From Macrostomum lignano (Eukaryota), in NCBI GenBank assembly GCA_002269645.1, contig NIVC01000617.1, positions 186,001 to 250,000 of the forward strand: a stretch of 64,000 nt of DNA. Reading direction: 5' to 3'. The notes under the pieces were generated by a model. The model saw only the letters and a program-made list of their open reading frames with translations, was not told the DNA's origin and did not search any database. Shown here piece by piece: positions 11,879 through 23,095 of the stretch; position 1 is the first letter of the stretch, and the number at the start of each line of letters is the position of its first letter. Made by a program: the position numbers and the translations under genes.

Positions 11879-14800
11879 GAAGCGAGGGCGAGAGATATCC
11901 TTAAGGACCGCGCAGCAACCGAAACAGTGTTGCCCTGCGCAGAAACCAGAGCCGGCTGGTCTAAGGAGCGTCGTGAAAACTTACGCATTCTTCAATGGAA
12001 CGCAGACGGTCTTAGTAACTCGAGATCTTCCTCGAAGAACATAACATTGACGTCGCTGTTATCCAAGAGTCGAAACTAGACCAGAACTCGCGGACCCCCC
12101 CACTTCAGCGGCTACACTACGGTCAGGAAGGACCGCTTAGAGACGCGCAGAAGCGACAAAGCGAAAGGAGGCTGTCTGATCACTCTCATTAAACATAACA
12201 TCCCGTTTAGACGTTTTTCGGGATGGAAGGGCATCACTACCGAAGGCTTTCGGACGCTCATCGATCTCAGCAGAAAAGAAAAAATCCTCATCACCAACGT
12301 GTATCGCCCCCCGGTGCGTACCATCGAGGGCTTCGACAGAGATGATGACGGGTCTGGAGCTGGCTTAGACCTGATAGTCGTGAGCTGATCCTTGGCGAAA
12401 TCAACCTCCATAGCGCCAGATGGGGAGGTAGCGAGGACCAGGGCAGAGAAAGCAGATTTGAAGCGTCCGAACCGGAGGATTGGTGCAATGACCACGACTA
12501 CTAGGTGCTCAACGATGGCTCTCCCACTAGAGTCGACTGGAGAACCGGCCGCACCAGCGCCTCGGATGTGTCGCTGGCAGCGCCCGACCTCGCCCCTCGC
12601 TGCAGCTGGACAGTTGATAAGGGGCTCGGTTCGGACCACTTGCCTATCATTATCACTATCATCTCCACCAGGGAGACCCGCCGTAGGAAAACTCGCCTCA
12701 CCTGGTCGTGGAAGAAAGCGGACTTCGCCCTCTTCCAGCGAAACTACGACGAACTCTTTTCTGACATACCAGAACAACCGCTTGCTAAAGAGATACGCGC
12801 CCTCAGCGAGGCGTTACTCAAAGCGGCCGTGAACAGCGTCCCCCTGAAAAAGATCGGCGGCAAATATAAACCATTCTGGGACGAAGAACTCACTGAACTC
12901 CAAATCACCAGGGACAACTGCCCGAGGGGACACGCCCGAAGGAAGAACCCAGTGGGGAGAGGCCAACCAGAAACTCTGCGACGAGATCAACGCCAAGAGA
13001 AGGCAACACTGGAAAGAGCACGTCAACAGCCTCAGCGAGGAAGAGGACGGCCGTGCGACCTGGAAAACCATCAAATCCATGTACGCCTCGAAGGACACCG
13101 CCCCCCCCCCCGGAACCAGAACATCATCACGCAGAATCGGGAAGTGAGAACCGACCGCGAAAAGGCGACGGTTTTCGAGCAGTTATACGCCCAAAACAGT
13201 AAAATCCAACTTGGCAAGGACGAGCGGAAAAAAACATGTCGAGGTGGCCCGCAGACTCAGCGACTACAAGAAAGGAGGAGTAGACGGCGTCGAAATTAGG
13301 TTCTTAAAAAATCTCTCCGCAAACGCCCGCCTGAGATGGCTAAAAGTCCTCAGCAGGAGTTGGAACGAGCACTCTTGCCCGGGCTACTGGAAAAGAGCGG
13401 AGATCATCCCGATACTGAAAGATGGTAAAGATCCAGCATCACCAGAATCCTACAGACCGGTGAGCCTTACCCCGGTCTGTGCCAAGCTCATGGAGAGAAT
13501 GGTCACCAATCGCCGCTATTTCTGGCTCGAGGAAAACAGGATCATCAACCCATGGCAGGCAGGATTCCAAAGAGGCAGAAGCACTGACGAACAGGTGCTC
13601 AGAATTGTCCAGCATATCCAGGACGGATGGGAGAACAAAAAAGTAAAAAAAACACTAGCCGTGACGTTTGACTTCTCAAAAGCATTCGAAAGGGTCTGGA
13701 GAGTCCGCCTCCTGGAAAGAATGATGGAGGAAGGCGTACCGGCCTGTCTCGTCAAGTGGTTCGCCAGTTTCCTGGAAGGTAGACAAGCTCGCGTCCGGCT
13801 GGGCGAGGACCACAGTAAATACAGGAGATTCCAGGAGGGGCTCCCCCAAGGTGCGGTGAGCTCCCCGGTCCTCTTCCTTCGGTATGTGAACGACTGGGCC
13901 GACCGGGAGGTGGAGGGAGTCCACTATGGCGGGTTTGCCGATGACCTGGCCATTTGGACCAGCGGCGACTCGCTAGAGGAAGTCACTGACCGCCTCCAAC
14001 GCGCCCTCGACAAGATCAGCGATTGAGCGAGTGACCTCAAAATCGAACTCAACCCGAGCAAATGCGAGTCCTGCGTCTACAGCCGCTCCCCCCGTGACAG
14101 GACGGCCAAACCGCACCTCAGCATCAACGGTAGAAACATCGAGTGCAAAGACTCTCTGAAATACCTTGGAGTTCAGATCGATCGAGGGCTCACCTTTGCT
14201 GAGCACACTGAAAACGTCGTCCTCAAAATGAAAAAAGAAGCAGGATCATCCGGGCGGTGGCCAACACGGACTGGGGCTGGCACCAGGAGGACCTCAAGAA
14301 AATCCATACTGCCACCGTCGAGAGCTGAGTCTGGCACGCTGCGGCCACCTGGATCCCCCGGGTCTCCAGAAGCAACATCGACAAAATCGAGCGCGTCCAA
14401 CGTGAAAGCCTCAGACTGGTAGCCAGGCTCGTTAAATCGACCACTTCTGCAGCTGTCTACCTCGAGACCGGCGTCGCTCCCATCTCAGAGACAGCGATCT
14501 CCAAGTGTGTCCGGGATTGGGAAAAAGCTATACGTGAACCCAGACCGAGCCCCAAAAAAGACCTATGCGACGTGTCGATCACCAGGAGACTCAAAGCGAA
14601 CAAAGGATGGAGGGAACAACCCAGAATCGAAAGCCAGCACATCAGCAGAGCGCCGCGAGAGGAATTCGTTAGCAGAAGACACCCACCATGGAGACACCTC
14701 AAGTACGACGGCGTCTCCTGCTGCCCAGACCTCCTACGAGGCGGCAAGAAGGGTGACCCCCTCATCAAAGAAGAGGCCTTTGAGACCATCCGCAGCATCG

Positions 14801-15636
14801 GACCAGTGGACCTTACTATCTACTCGGACGGCTCGGTGGACGGACTCGGAAAGAATGGAGGCGCGGCCTGTGTGGCCTGGATCAACGGCGCGGAGAAGTC
14901 TAAGATTGCAGCTGCGGGCGAATTTAGTAGCTCCTTGGCAGCAGAGAGAAGAGCCCTCCATCTAGCCCTTGACCTGATCGAGGAGGAATCTCCAGAAAGC
15001 ACCCTCATCCTGACCGACAGCAAATCCGCCGTCCTGGGCGTCGCCAAGAAAAAGCTCTCCAGGAATCGATTCCATTTCCTCTTGATTGAGAGACTGAGGA
15101 GTCTTAGTTCCCAATGCAAGATCCACCTCCAATGTATTCCAGGCCACGTCGACATCACGGGAAATGAGCGCGCCGACGCCCTGGCCCGGCAGGGGACTTT
15201 CCTGGACCAGAGCAAGATCCCGATCGAATTCGAAGTTCTCGATAGACAAGTCAGAAACCGTTGGAAGCCGACCACGAAAGACCACCGACTGGCTGAGATC
15301 TACAGCACCGTCCGAGACCCCGGCAACTTCGGCAGGAAGAACTCAGTGTTGCTCACCGAGCTTCGATCCGGACACTGTAAAAGGACACCCTACTGGCGCC
15401 AGAAGATCGGGCTAGAGGAGCCTCAACCATGCCCACACTGCCGTGAAATTCCAGACAAAGACCACTGGTTTTTCTGCCCCAGATGGGATTGCCTCCGGCT
15501 AGAGCTCGGACTCAATGGAAGGAAAGACTACGGAAGGGAAATGATGATGTTTGAGTTCCTGAGGAAGGCCCACTCGGAATGGCTGGCCTGATCTCGGAGA
15601 CTCGTTCCGATGACACACACACACACAACAGCAACA

Positions 15637-17135
15637 ACAAAAAATACATTTTCAGCCAGTCAAACGAGGGACAATGTCACAGGGCGCGATTCAGAGCCTG
15701 GGTGAGAACGTAGGCCGCGCCGCCGGCAATGTCCGGGGCGTCGGAATCAGCCAGCAGGCAGTCCACAAAACGCCGAGTATGCGCCTGCCCCCGCCGGTAG
15801 GGTGCCTGCAGCGTCAGCAGCAGCACTTCCTGCACCGGCTGTTGGCAGTAAGACTCGACCCGGATGAAATGGCCTGCTAGCTGGAGTCGCCGCCGGCACA
15901 ACAGCTCGCTGGGGTGGAAAAGGCTGGTGCGGCGATAGAGTGCCGCATTGGTGACTCGCTCGTAGCCGATCTTGAAAGCGGCGCGAGTAGGCCAGCGTGC
16001 GCCACATCGACCTGCTGTTCGAGCGATTCCGTCAACTTCCAGGTCTCGGCGTTGTAAAACCAGATGTTCTCGATCACCGCCTGGAACAACGCCGCCATCT
16101 GGTGGTCAGGCGGGGCCTCGGACTGTAAGACAACCCTCATGGAACGGAAGGCAGCCCAGGCAAGTCCACGGCGACGTCGCAGATCCTCGCGAGCATCTGG
16201 CACTAGACCAATGAGGTAGACGAACTGCTGACAGCACGGAAGCCTCTTCAACTGCCCGTCAGCGCCTCGGCAGAAAATTGCAGCCTCGATGTCATCCGGC
16301 ACGCAGAGCACGACGATCTTCTGCGTGTTGACCACCAGGCCGACACTCGCCGCAACGCTTACCAGCCGGTCCAGCTGTCGCTGGGCGCCCTGGATGGTCG
16401 AGGACAGCAGGGCGAGATCGTTGGTGTAGCCAAGCACGCTGAGCCGCTTCTCCAGTTTGCGTCGACCCACGTGTCGCTGCAGCAGGAACCCGTCGTCGTT
16501 AGAAGGGAGAGCAGTCCGCAGCACCCAGTCAAGCACCAGAACGAACAGGAACGGCGCAAGCGAATCTCCCTGAAGCACCCCAGAGGATGTTTCAAAGAAA
16601 TCCGACAGGCCGTCCGGCGTTAGCACAGCAGCGTTCGTGCCATGATACAGCGCCAGGACGGTGGAAATCAGCTGCCCTGACACGTTGTACGCATGAGCAT
16701 CATTGGGAGCACGGCCCTCAAGACCGAATCGAAAGCCTGCAGAGCAATCGACTGGCGGGTCCACGCTTTCTCAATGACTCGGCGAAGAGCCATGATCTGC
16801 GCCACGGTGCCGCGGTGGGGCCGGAACCCGTTCTGCTCAGGCCGCAAATGCGGATCCAGCACGGGCTGCAACCGCGATAGCAGCATTCGGTTGAACAACT
16901 TCGCAGCGCAGGACTGCAGGCAGATACCTCGGTGCTCCTCAAGCCGCGTGGTGTGCGCCTTATTATAGCGACGATGTGCGCCGTGTATCTTTCGTTGGGT
17001 GCCGCCTTACCGAAAAGCACGTGGTTCATCCCTTGGCGACCTAGCTGGCCACACAGTGGAGTTATAGCGTCTCGATGGGCACCTCGTGCGGACCCAGTGC
17101 TTTGCTGCCCGGAGTCCTTCGGGCGAGCATCAGAA
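15637..17135 (-). mobile_element. 5'-truncated, decayed RTE-like LINE (RT and C-terminal region); its (GTT)n tail is split by the Ingi insertion, remnant at 11251-11266
   Basis: Minus-strand peptides EQNGFRPHRGT, SGVLQGDSLAPFLF, GYTNDLALL, FYNAETWKL, RRRLQLAGH are collinear with the 23.1-26.4 kb element. It has the same 3' end GTATTTT(GTT)n. Confidence 0.9.
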
Positions 17136-17426
17136 CGTCGACTGTGCTGTTTCTTTAAAAAATATAACTAACACAAGACGCGAATCTTAAACAAAAAAAT
17201 CGGTGAAAACTGCAAAAACGACCGACAGGTTTATAACTGGGTCAATCTTCTCATTCTAGTAGTGCCAGGAAAAAAGCACAACATGTAGTTTACAACGAGT
17301 TAACTGCAGCGTCTTGGATGATCTCAGCGGCCAAGTCTTGTACTCGATGCTGAACTGCTGGAGTTGGCAAGTCAACAGTAAATAATCGTCAGGACGTCAT
17401 GTCAACTATGCACAAAAGTCAACCAG

Positions 17427-17512
17427 CAATTTGACTGCCACAGACATTTTTGACTGCCAATGACATTTGACTGTCAGTGAAATTTGACTGCCATTGACAT
17501 TTGACTGCCAAT
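17427..17512. repeat. Short ~18-20-bp tandem repeat (CATTTGACTGCCAATGA-like), about 5 copies
   Basis: Repeated TTTGACTG core. Confidence 0.75.
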
Positions 17513-17529
17513 GATCGGTGTGAACCGGC

Positions 17530-17690
17530 GCAGCCAGGGCATTCGCTGCTTCACTGACGGCTGCTTGCTGTTAAACGGCCGTGCTGGAGCGAGTATCGCC
17601 ATCTTCTCCCGAGTTTAAGAAATTCTCTTTCAGGACACCTCGGTTCTTAAGCCAAAATATGCACCAATTATTTGAGGTTGGCTCCTCAAG
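17530..17690 (+). pseudogene. Small RNase H-like remnant of another LINE
   Basis: Translates as [19 protein letters not shown], resembling the first RNase H motif (TDGS..NG.AGA); breaks down afterwards. Confidence 0.35.
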
Positions 17691-17702
17691 TCCTCTACGA
17701 GT

Positions 17703-20700
17703 CTTGACTTACTTGACTTAGCTGCATGGCTGTCCCAAAGGGGGACGCGTCGCTATGGACGAAGGGTTGGCGCTGCCAAGGGAGGTCCTTCAGTGTCGCC
17801 AGAAGCTATGGTGCTCTCTGGAAAGGAGAGTTCAGCCCTGTGGGTGGCCCGGAGGTAGCGCATGAGCTGATTTAAAGTTTTCGGGTTTGCACGCTTCAGT
17901 AATAGATGTGTGTGACCGAGGTAAGTGAGTCTGGCCCGTGTAAAGGCGGGACAGATGCTGACGAAATGCTCAGCGGTTTCGTCACCTGAGTTACAGAAGC
18001 TGCAGATGGCGTTAGTGGCGTTTCCCTGCAGGTACTGGTGCCTAGAGAAGCAGCCGTGACCTGAGAGGGTCATGGTGGCAGCCCGGATGTCTCTACGCAA
18101 GAGGCGAAAGAGGAGCTTCCGGAGCTGGTGAGAGGGCTGAGGGACAGCGCCTCTGGATTGCCTGCAGTTAGTGCAGTTCGCCCAAGTCGAGCGGTGCTGA
18201 GTACTGATCCACGCTTTGATGCGCGAGTCGACGACACAGCCGGGAATCGGGACAAGAGGTTCGGGACCGAGAGAGGAGCCGGAGGCACCAACTTTTGCAA
18301 AGGCGTCAGCCAACTCATTCCCTCGGATCCCCACATGCCCCGGAACCCACTTAAGGGTAACTTTGTTGGTGGAACCCAACATGTTGAGGAGTTTGATACA
18401 GTAAAGGACTGTAGCAGATTTGGTGCTGCAGCCACTGATGGCGTGCAAGGCAACTTGGCTGTCCGAATGGAAAATGATGTTCTTACCGGTAACGCCCGTG
18501 GCGAGAAGCTCTGCAGTGCAAGAGCTGATGGCGAGAACTTCATTTTGGAAGACACTGGAGTTGGCTCCAGTGTACTGAGCGTGGGTTGCAATGACCCTCC
18601 CGTTCAGGAAGATCCCAACACCAAAGCCGGTGTTGGCTGACTGCTTAGAACTGTCGGTGTAGCAGTGAAGCTCACCAGGGTTCCAGTGGTAATTGATGGT
18701 ATCGCGCGAGTCGATAGCTACGGAGTAGCGTTGTCTCAGGTTGAGCGTTGAGGCAATGCCATCGGTGAAGACGCGATTGGCCTGACACTCGTTGAGAAAG
18801 TTGAGGCACAGGCCGCTATGCGGGAAGAGGTTCCGCTTAGCAGGTGCCCTCATGTAAAGGAATTTGACACCGGAATCGTAGATGCCGCGTCGTTCTAGCC
18901 GCCTCACCCCTGACGAAGAGGTCGAGAGGCGGTAGATTAAGGAAGGCCTTCATGCCAGCAAGGGGCGTGGACCTGGAGGCGTTGCTGATAAGCCTACACG
19001 CTCTGCCTTGGATCGTGTTGAGCAAATCTGCATGGCTTTTGACCTAGGTAGCGCTAACCCAGACAACCGAGGCGTACGTAATGGCAGGTCGAACCACGGA
19101 AGTGTGGATCCACTAAAGTCGCTTTGGGGATAGACCCCAAGACGTGCCAAGTGCTCGTCGGAGCTGGGCCAGGATGGCTGAGGCACGCTTGGCTTTTGCT
19201 TTCACGTGGAAGAACCAGTTGAGCCGGTGGTCTAGTATGACCCCGAGACATCTGGTCTGATGCGCGAAGGCAATATCTCTGCCGTAAAGCTGCAGAGGTC
19301 GTATGTTCCAGCGTATTCTACTGGTGAACATAATGGTAACAGTTTTGGGCTCGGAGAGTGGCCCAGGATTCTGTTTTGCGGATGAAGCTCTGCATCAGAT
19401 CCCTGAGCGTGCTGGGAGACGGCCCTGCCACAATGGCCGTGACTTCGTCAGCATACCCGACTTTGAAGACGGGATCAGGTCGGGAATCGCCCAGAAGAGC
19501 GTCCATGACCAGGTTCCAGAGCGTCGGAGTGAGGACTCCGCCTTGGGATCCACCCTTACAGACTCTGGCGGAGGCAGTATTCCCTAGGAGTTGGGCAGTG
19601 ACTGTACGGTTGGAGATCATGTACATGAGCATGAGCTTTGCAATTTTGAAGGGCCCTCTGAAACGCTTCAAAGATAACGCTCTCGAAGGCACCAACAATG
19701 TCAAAAAAAGCCAGGGCGTAATCGTCACCCAGTACCGCCCGTTCAATCTTCTCGACTATCGCATGCAGGGCGCTGTCAGTCGACCTCCCGATACGGAAGG
19801 CGTGCTGATTATTGCTGAGGGGCATCGCTGTCAGCTCGCATGAAAGCAGCCGCCAGAGAATAAGCCTCTCAGTGAGCTTAAGCATTGCTGACGTTAAGCT
19901 AATTGGCCTAAAGGCCTTGACGCTCTGGTAGTCACCCTTCCTAGGTTTGGGAATAAAGACTACCCAAGCTTCAGTCCAGCACTTGGGAACGTATCCCAGC
20001 TGGATAGAAGCCCGAATAAGATTGCGGGTAAGTCTCAAGAACGAGAGTATCTTGGCTGCTTCACGAAGAAGAACAGGGTAGATACCATAAGGTTCAGGAG
20101 ATTTGAAGGGCTTGAAGATTCTGACCACACGAGCGATTAGGTATTCAGTGACAATGCCCGCCGCTAGAGTGGCTCCATCCATCGAATAGTTGGGTTCCGA
20201 TCTAGCAGTGGTTACCCTCGGGAAGAATGTGTCTTTCGTAAGAGAGCCATCATCTTTTTTGATCGTTGCTAATTCTGACATTTTTTCGATTTTAAGGGCC
20301 TTTACAAGCCTAGAAGTAGGTCTGTCTTGATCCAACTCATTACAGAATTGGCGCCATTTACATTCCTTGGCCTTGCGCACTTCAGATTTGAAATTGCGGG
20401 AGGCTTGCCGGAAAAGCTCCATGTCCTCCGGGTTTCCGGTCTTCATGGCACGGCGATGAAGACTTTTGGCCTTCTGCCTGAGTTTCAGGCCTGGGTTCCA
20501 CCACGGCGCTGAGGTATTGCCTTTTTAGGCACGGACAGGGCAGGCCGCTTCATAGGCTGCAATAATGCAGCCTGTCAGCGTCTCAGCCGCATGGTCCACA
20601 TCCTCGCAGGTCTCAATCGGACGTAAGTCTGTGAGTTCCTGCAGGTGCAGATCAAGGGTAGCCTTATAGGCTGCCCAATCGGTGTTGCGGATACTACGCC

Positions 20701-23050
20701 TTCAAGTGATCGAGGACTGGGGTTTAGTGTCCGCGATGTTAAGGGCGATAAAGCAGTGGTCAGACAGGGAGGTCTTCTCAGATCAGACTCTCCACTCCTC
20801 AACTCTGTCAAAGAGTCTTGGGGTAACGAGTGTGGCGTCGAGGACCTCAGTCCATCTGGCATTGTTGAAGGTAGGAGTGCTACCACGGTTGCAGAGCATG
20901 AGGTTTGTGTTGGAGATGAGGGCCAAAGCTCCTCCCTCTAGTATTGGTGTCTTTGCTGCCCCAGTGCTTATGGTGTGCATTGAGGTCGCCCCCAAGCACA
21001 ACTCAGCGTTCTGGGACTCGCAGTACGCTCGTACTGCGCAAGGCGCAGTAGACTCTCAGGTGCAGGGTCTCTGTCGCCTGGGATGTAAATCGAGGCAACG
21101 AGACACGAACGCGAAGAGAGATGATTAGATTGGATGACACAGAGGTCTCCATCTGAGAGATTATTCCTCAGCCAAGCCTGGAGATGGCTAGCAGCGAGGA
21201 TAGCCGCTCTAGGGCGAGTAGCCAGAAAGAATGTTGGGCAACTTACCGTTGCGCATCCAGGGTTCCTGGATCAGGATGAGGCCTGGCCTGTACAGCTCAG
21301 CAATCTTCATCAGATTTACTGACGCAGATACGCAATGCTGTAAATTTATTTGCAGACAGAATGTCGCTCCTTTGGCAGCGTGGAGCTTAGTCATACTGTA
21401 CTAAATGCAATAGCTGGCTAGAGCCCCGGGCCATCAAGGAGACTTGGACAGCAAATCGTCCTCGTCCCAGGCCGCTGGGGCTTGACTGGGAGATGGGAGT
21501 TGGTCGACGTCCATGGCCTCCTTACCCCCACCAGAGTCCTCGGGCTCCGATGACAGGATGGAGGAAGCTTCCTCATCTGCATCTTTACCTTCAGACCCCA
21601 CCAGGGTGGCCGAGGAGAGCTCGGATTCCGAAGACCCGGCCTCGTCCTCAACTCCTTCTCCGGCTGGCAGGTTTGGTTCCCGGGGCTTTGCCGGAGCCGT
21701 TACCGCGGTCGCCGAACTGCTGCTAGCAGAGGGGCGAGATGCAGCTTTGGCTTTGGGATCGGCTTGCGCCTTTCCTTGGGCCTTAGACTGCGCCCCGCTC
21801 TTGCCGGAGATGCCGGGGTTGGCAGTAGCCTTCCCTTTGGCAGACTTTCCTCGGCGCATCTTGAGCTTGAGGGCACCCAGCTGGAAAGAGGATCCGTTAG
21901 GGTACCGGCTCGCCCAAGCGTTGGAAAGGCCGAGGACAATTGAGTTACCCGTCTCCCCCCTGCGAACTTTGCGTGATACACCAGTCCACTAGCAGGGAGG
22001 TCGGTATTCAGGCGCAGTAGGACCCGGTGGATAACGTCTGGTCCAGCTGCGGTGCTCTTAGCAGGGACAAAACCACATAGGGTATTGTCTTTGGACGCTG
22101 GCCTTCGCAAAGAAAAAGGGCTCGGCCGAGGTCAGCATCCGAGGAGACTGTCGGCAGCCGCTGGAGCAGCTGCTGAGCGTCCTCCTCATTGCTAGGAGCA
22201 ATAATAACGAATGTGCTTCGCAGCACCATCCGCTCAATGCCGATAGAGATTCCCTCCTCGACAGTCAGCTCAATCAGATAGGAGTCAATAGCACTTCAAA
22301 CTTTTTGAAGCTGACCAGTGGTCCAGTCCTGGTCGCGACCTTGAATGATCACTCCCGGGATTTTGTCCTTGGCCTTGGCCTCTACCGCTTCCTTCGGTAG
22401 CTCCCGAAGGAACCTCCTTGTTGGCAGTGGCCATATGTTGCGCCGTGGTCCCTCAGCAGCCGTAGCAGCATCTCCAGGGAGCGCCGCTGCTGAACTACTG
22501 GAGCTTCCACGGGCCGGCCCGTCTGGTTGCCTTGGGACGCCAGTCGCTTCAGCATCCATGGTGGACGCCGCCGCTTTGGCCCCCGCAGCTCCCAATTCTT
22601 GGCCTGCCTTTTGGTGCGTTGCTTAGCGCGTTTGCGCTCAAGCCGCTCCGCTGAGCTTCGTCGGATCTGCCAGATTTGGCCGGTCCTTTAGGCTTAGAGC
22701 TCCCGGTTCCTTTAGATCCACCAGCAGAGCTGGCAGGTCTTTGGGTTCTTTGGTTTTGGTAGCTCTGGTCGGATCTGCCAGCAGAGCCACCGGTCCTCCT
22801 TTTGCCACAGTTGAATCAGTCGGTTGGGATCTGCCAGCATGGCCGGCCGGTCCTTCGGACTGAGGTTGGGGTTTGGAAGGGTCCCCGTCCCTAGAATTAG
22901 CTTGATTATCCATAGTCGGCTCAAAGGCCATGATAAAGGTTGGTGGACTACCCTCGAGGGAGCGCGGTACTCACCCAGCCTCTCCACCTGACCGGGCAGT
23001 AGGCCAAAAGAACCGCTCGTTTCCTTTAGTCTCATTAAGAACTGTAGCTA
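17703..23050 (-). mobile_element. Near full-length LOA/R1-group non-LTR retrotransposon (ORF1 plus APE-RT-RNase H ORF2), disrupted
   Basis: ORF2 starts at 21394 (LQINLQHC, LILIQEPW). RT motifs FRPISLTS, QHAFRIGRST, FFDIVGAF, GSQGGVLTP, GYADEV. RNase H motifs YTDSSK, VFQNEVLAI, SDSQ, WVPGHVGIRGNELADAFAK. ORF1 fragments span 22931-21420 with a basic/acidic tail. The 3' tail is (TAAGTCAAG)2 at 17720-17703. The 5' boundary is approximate and no TSD was found. Confidence 0.88.
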
Positions 23051-23095
23051 TAACTGTAGCGATAGTTCAAAAAGCTAGAATTCGTTAAAGAGAAT

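Larger units (their letters stand above)
11267..15624 (+). mobile_element. Full-length Ingi-like (I-group) non-LTR retrotransposon with a single disrupted ORF: 2A-like, PHD x2, AP endonuclease, RT, RNase H, C-terminal Zn-finger
   Basis: 12-bp TSD ACAACAGCAACA at 11255-11266 and 15625-15636, and a (CA)n tail. APE motifs LRILQWNADGL, VIQESK, GSDHLPI. RT motifs SYRPVSL, QAGFQRGRST, FDFSKAF, GLPQGAVSSP, FADDLAIW, KYLG. RNase H motifs IYSDGS, AAE, ILTDS, IPGHVDITGNERADALA. Zn-finger CPHC-x8-H-x3-C. Several frameshifts and stops. Clade assignment is from architecture, not phylogeny. Confidence 0.92.
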
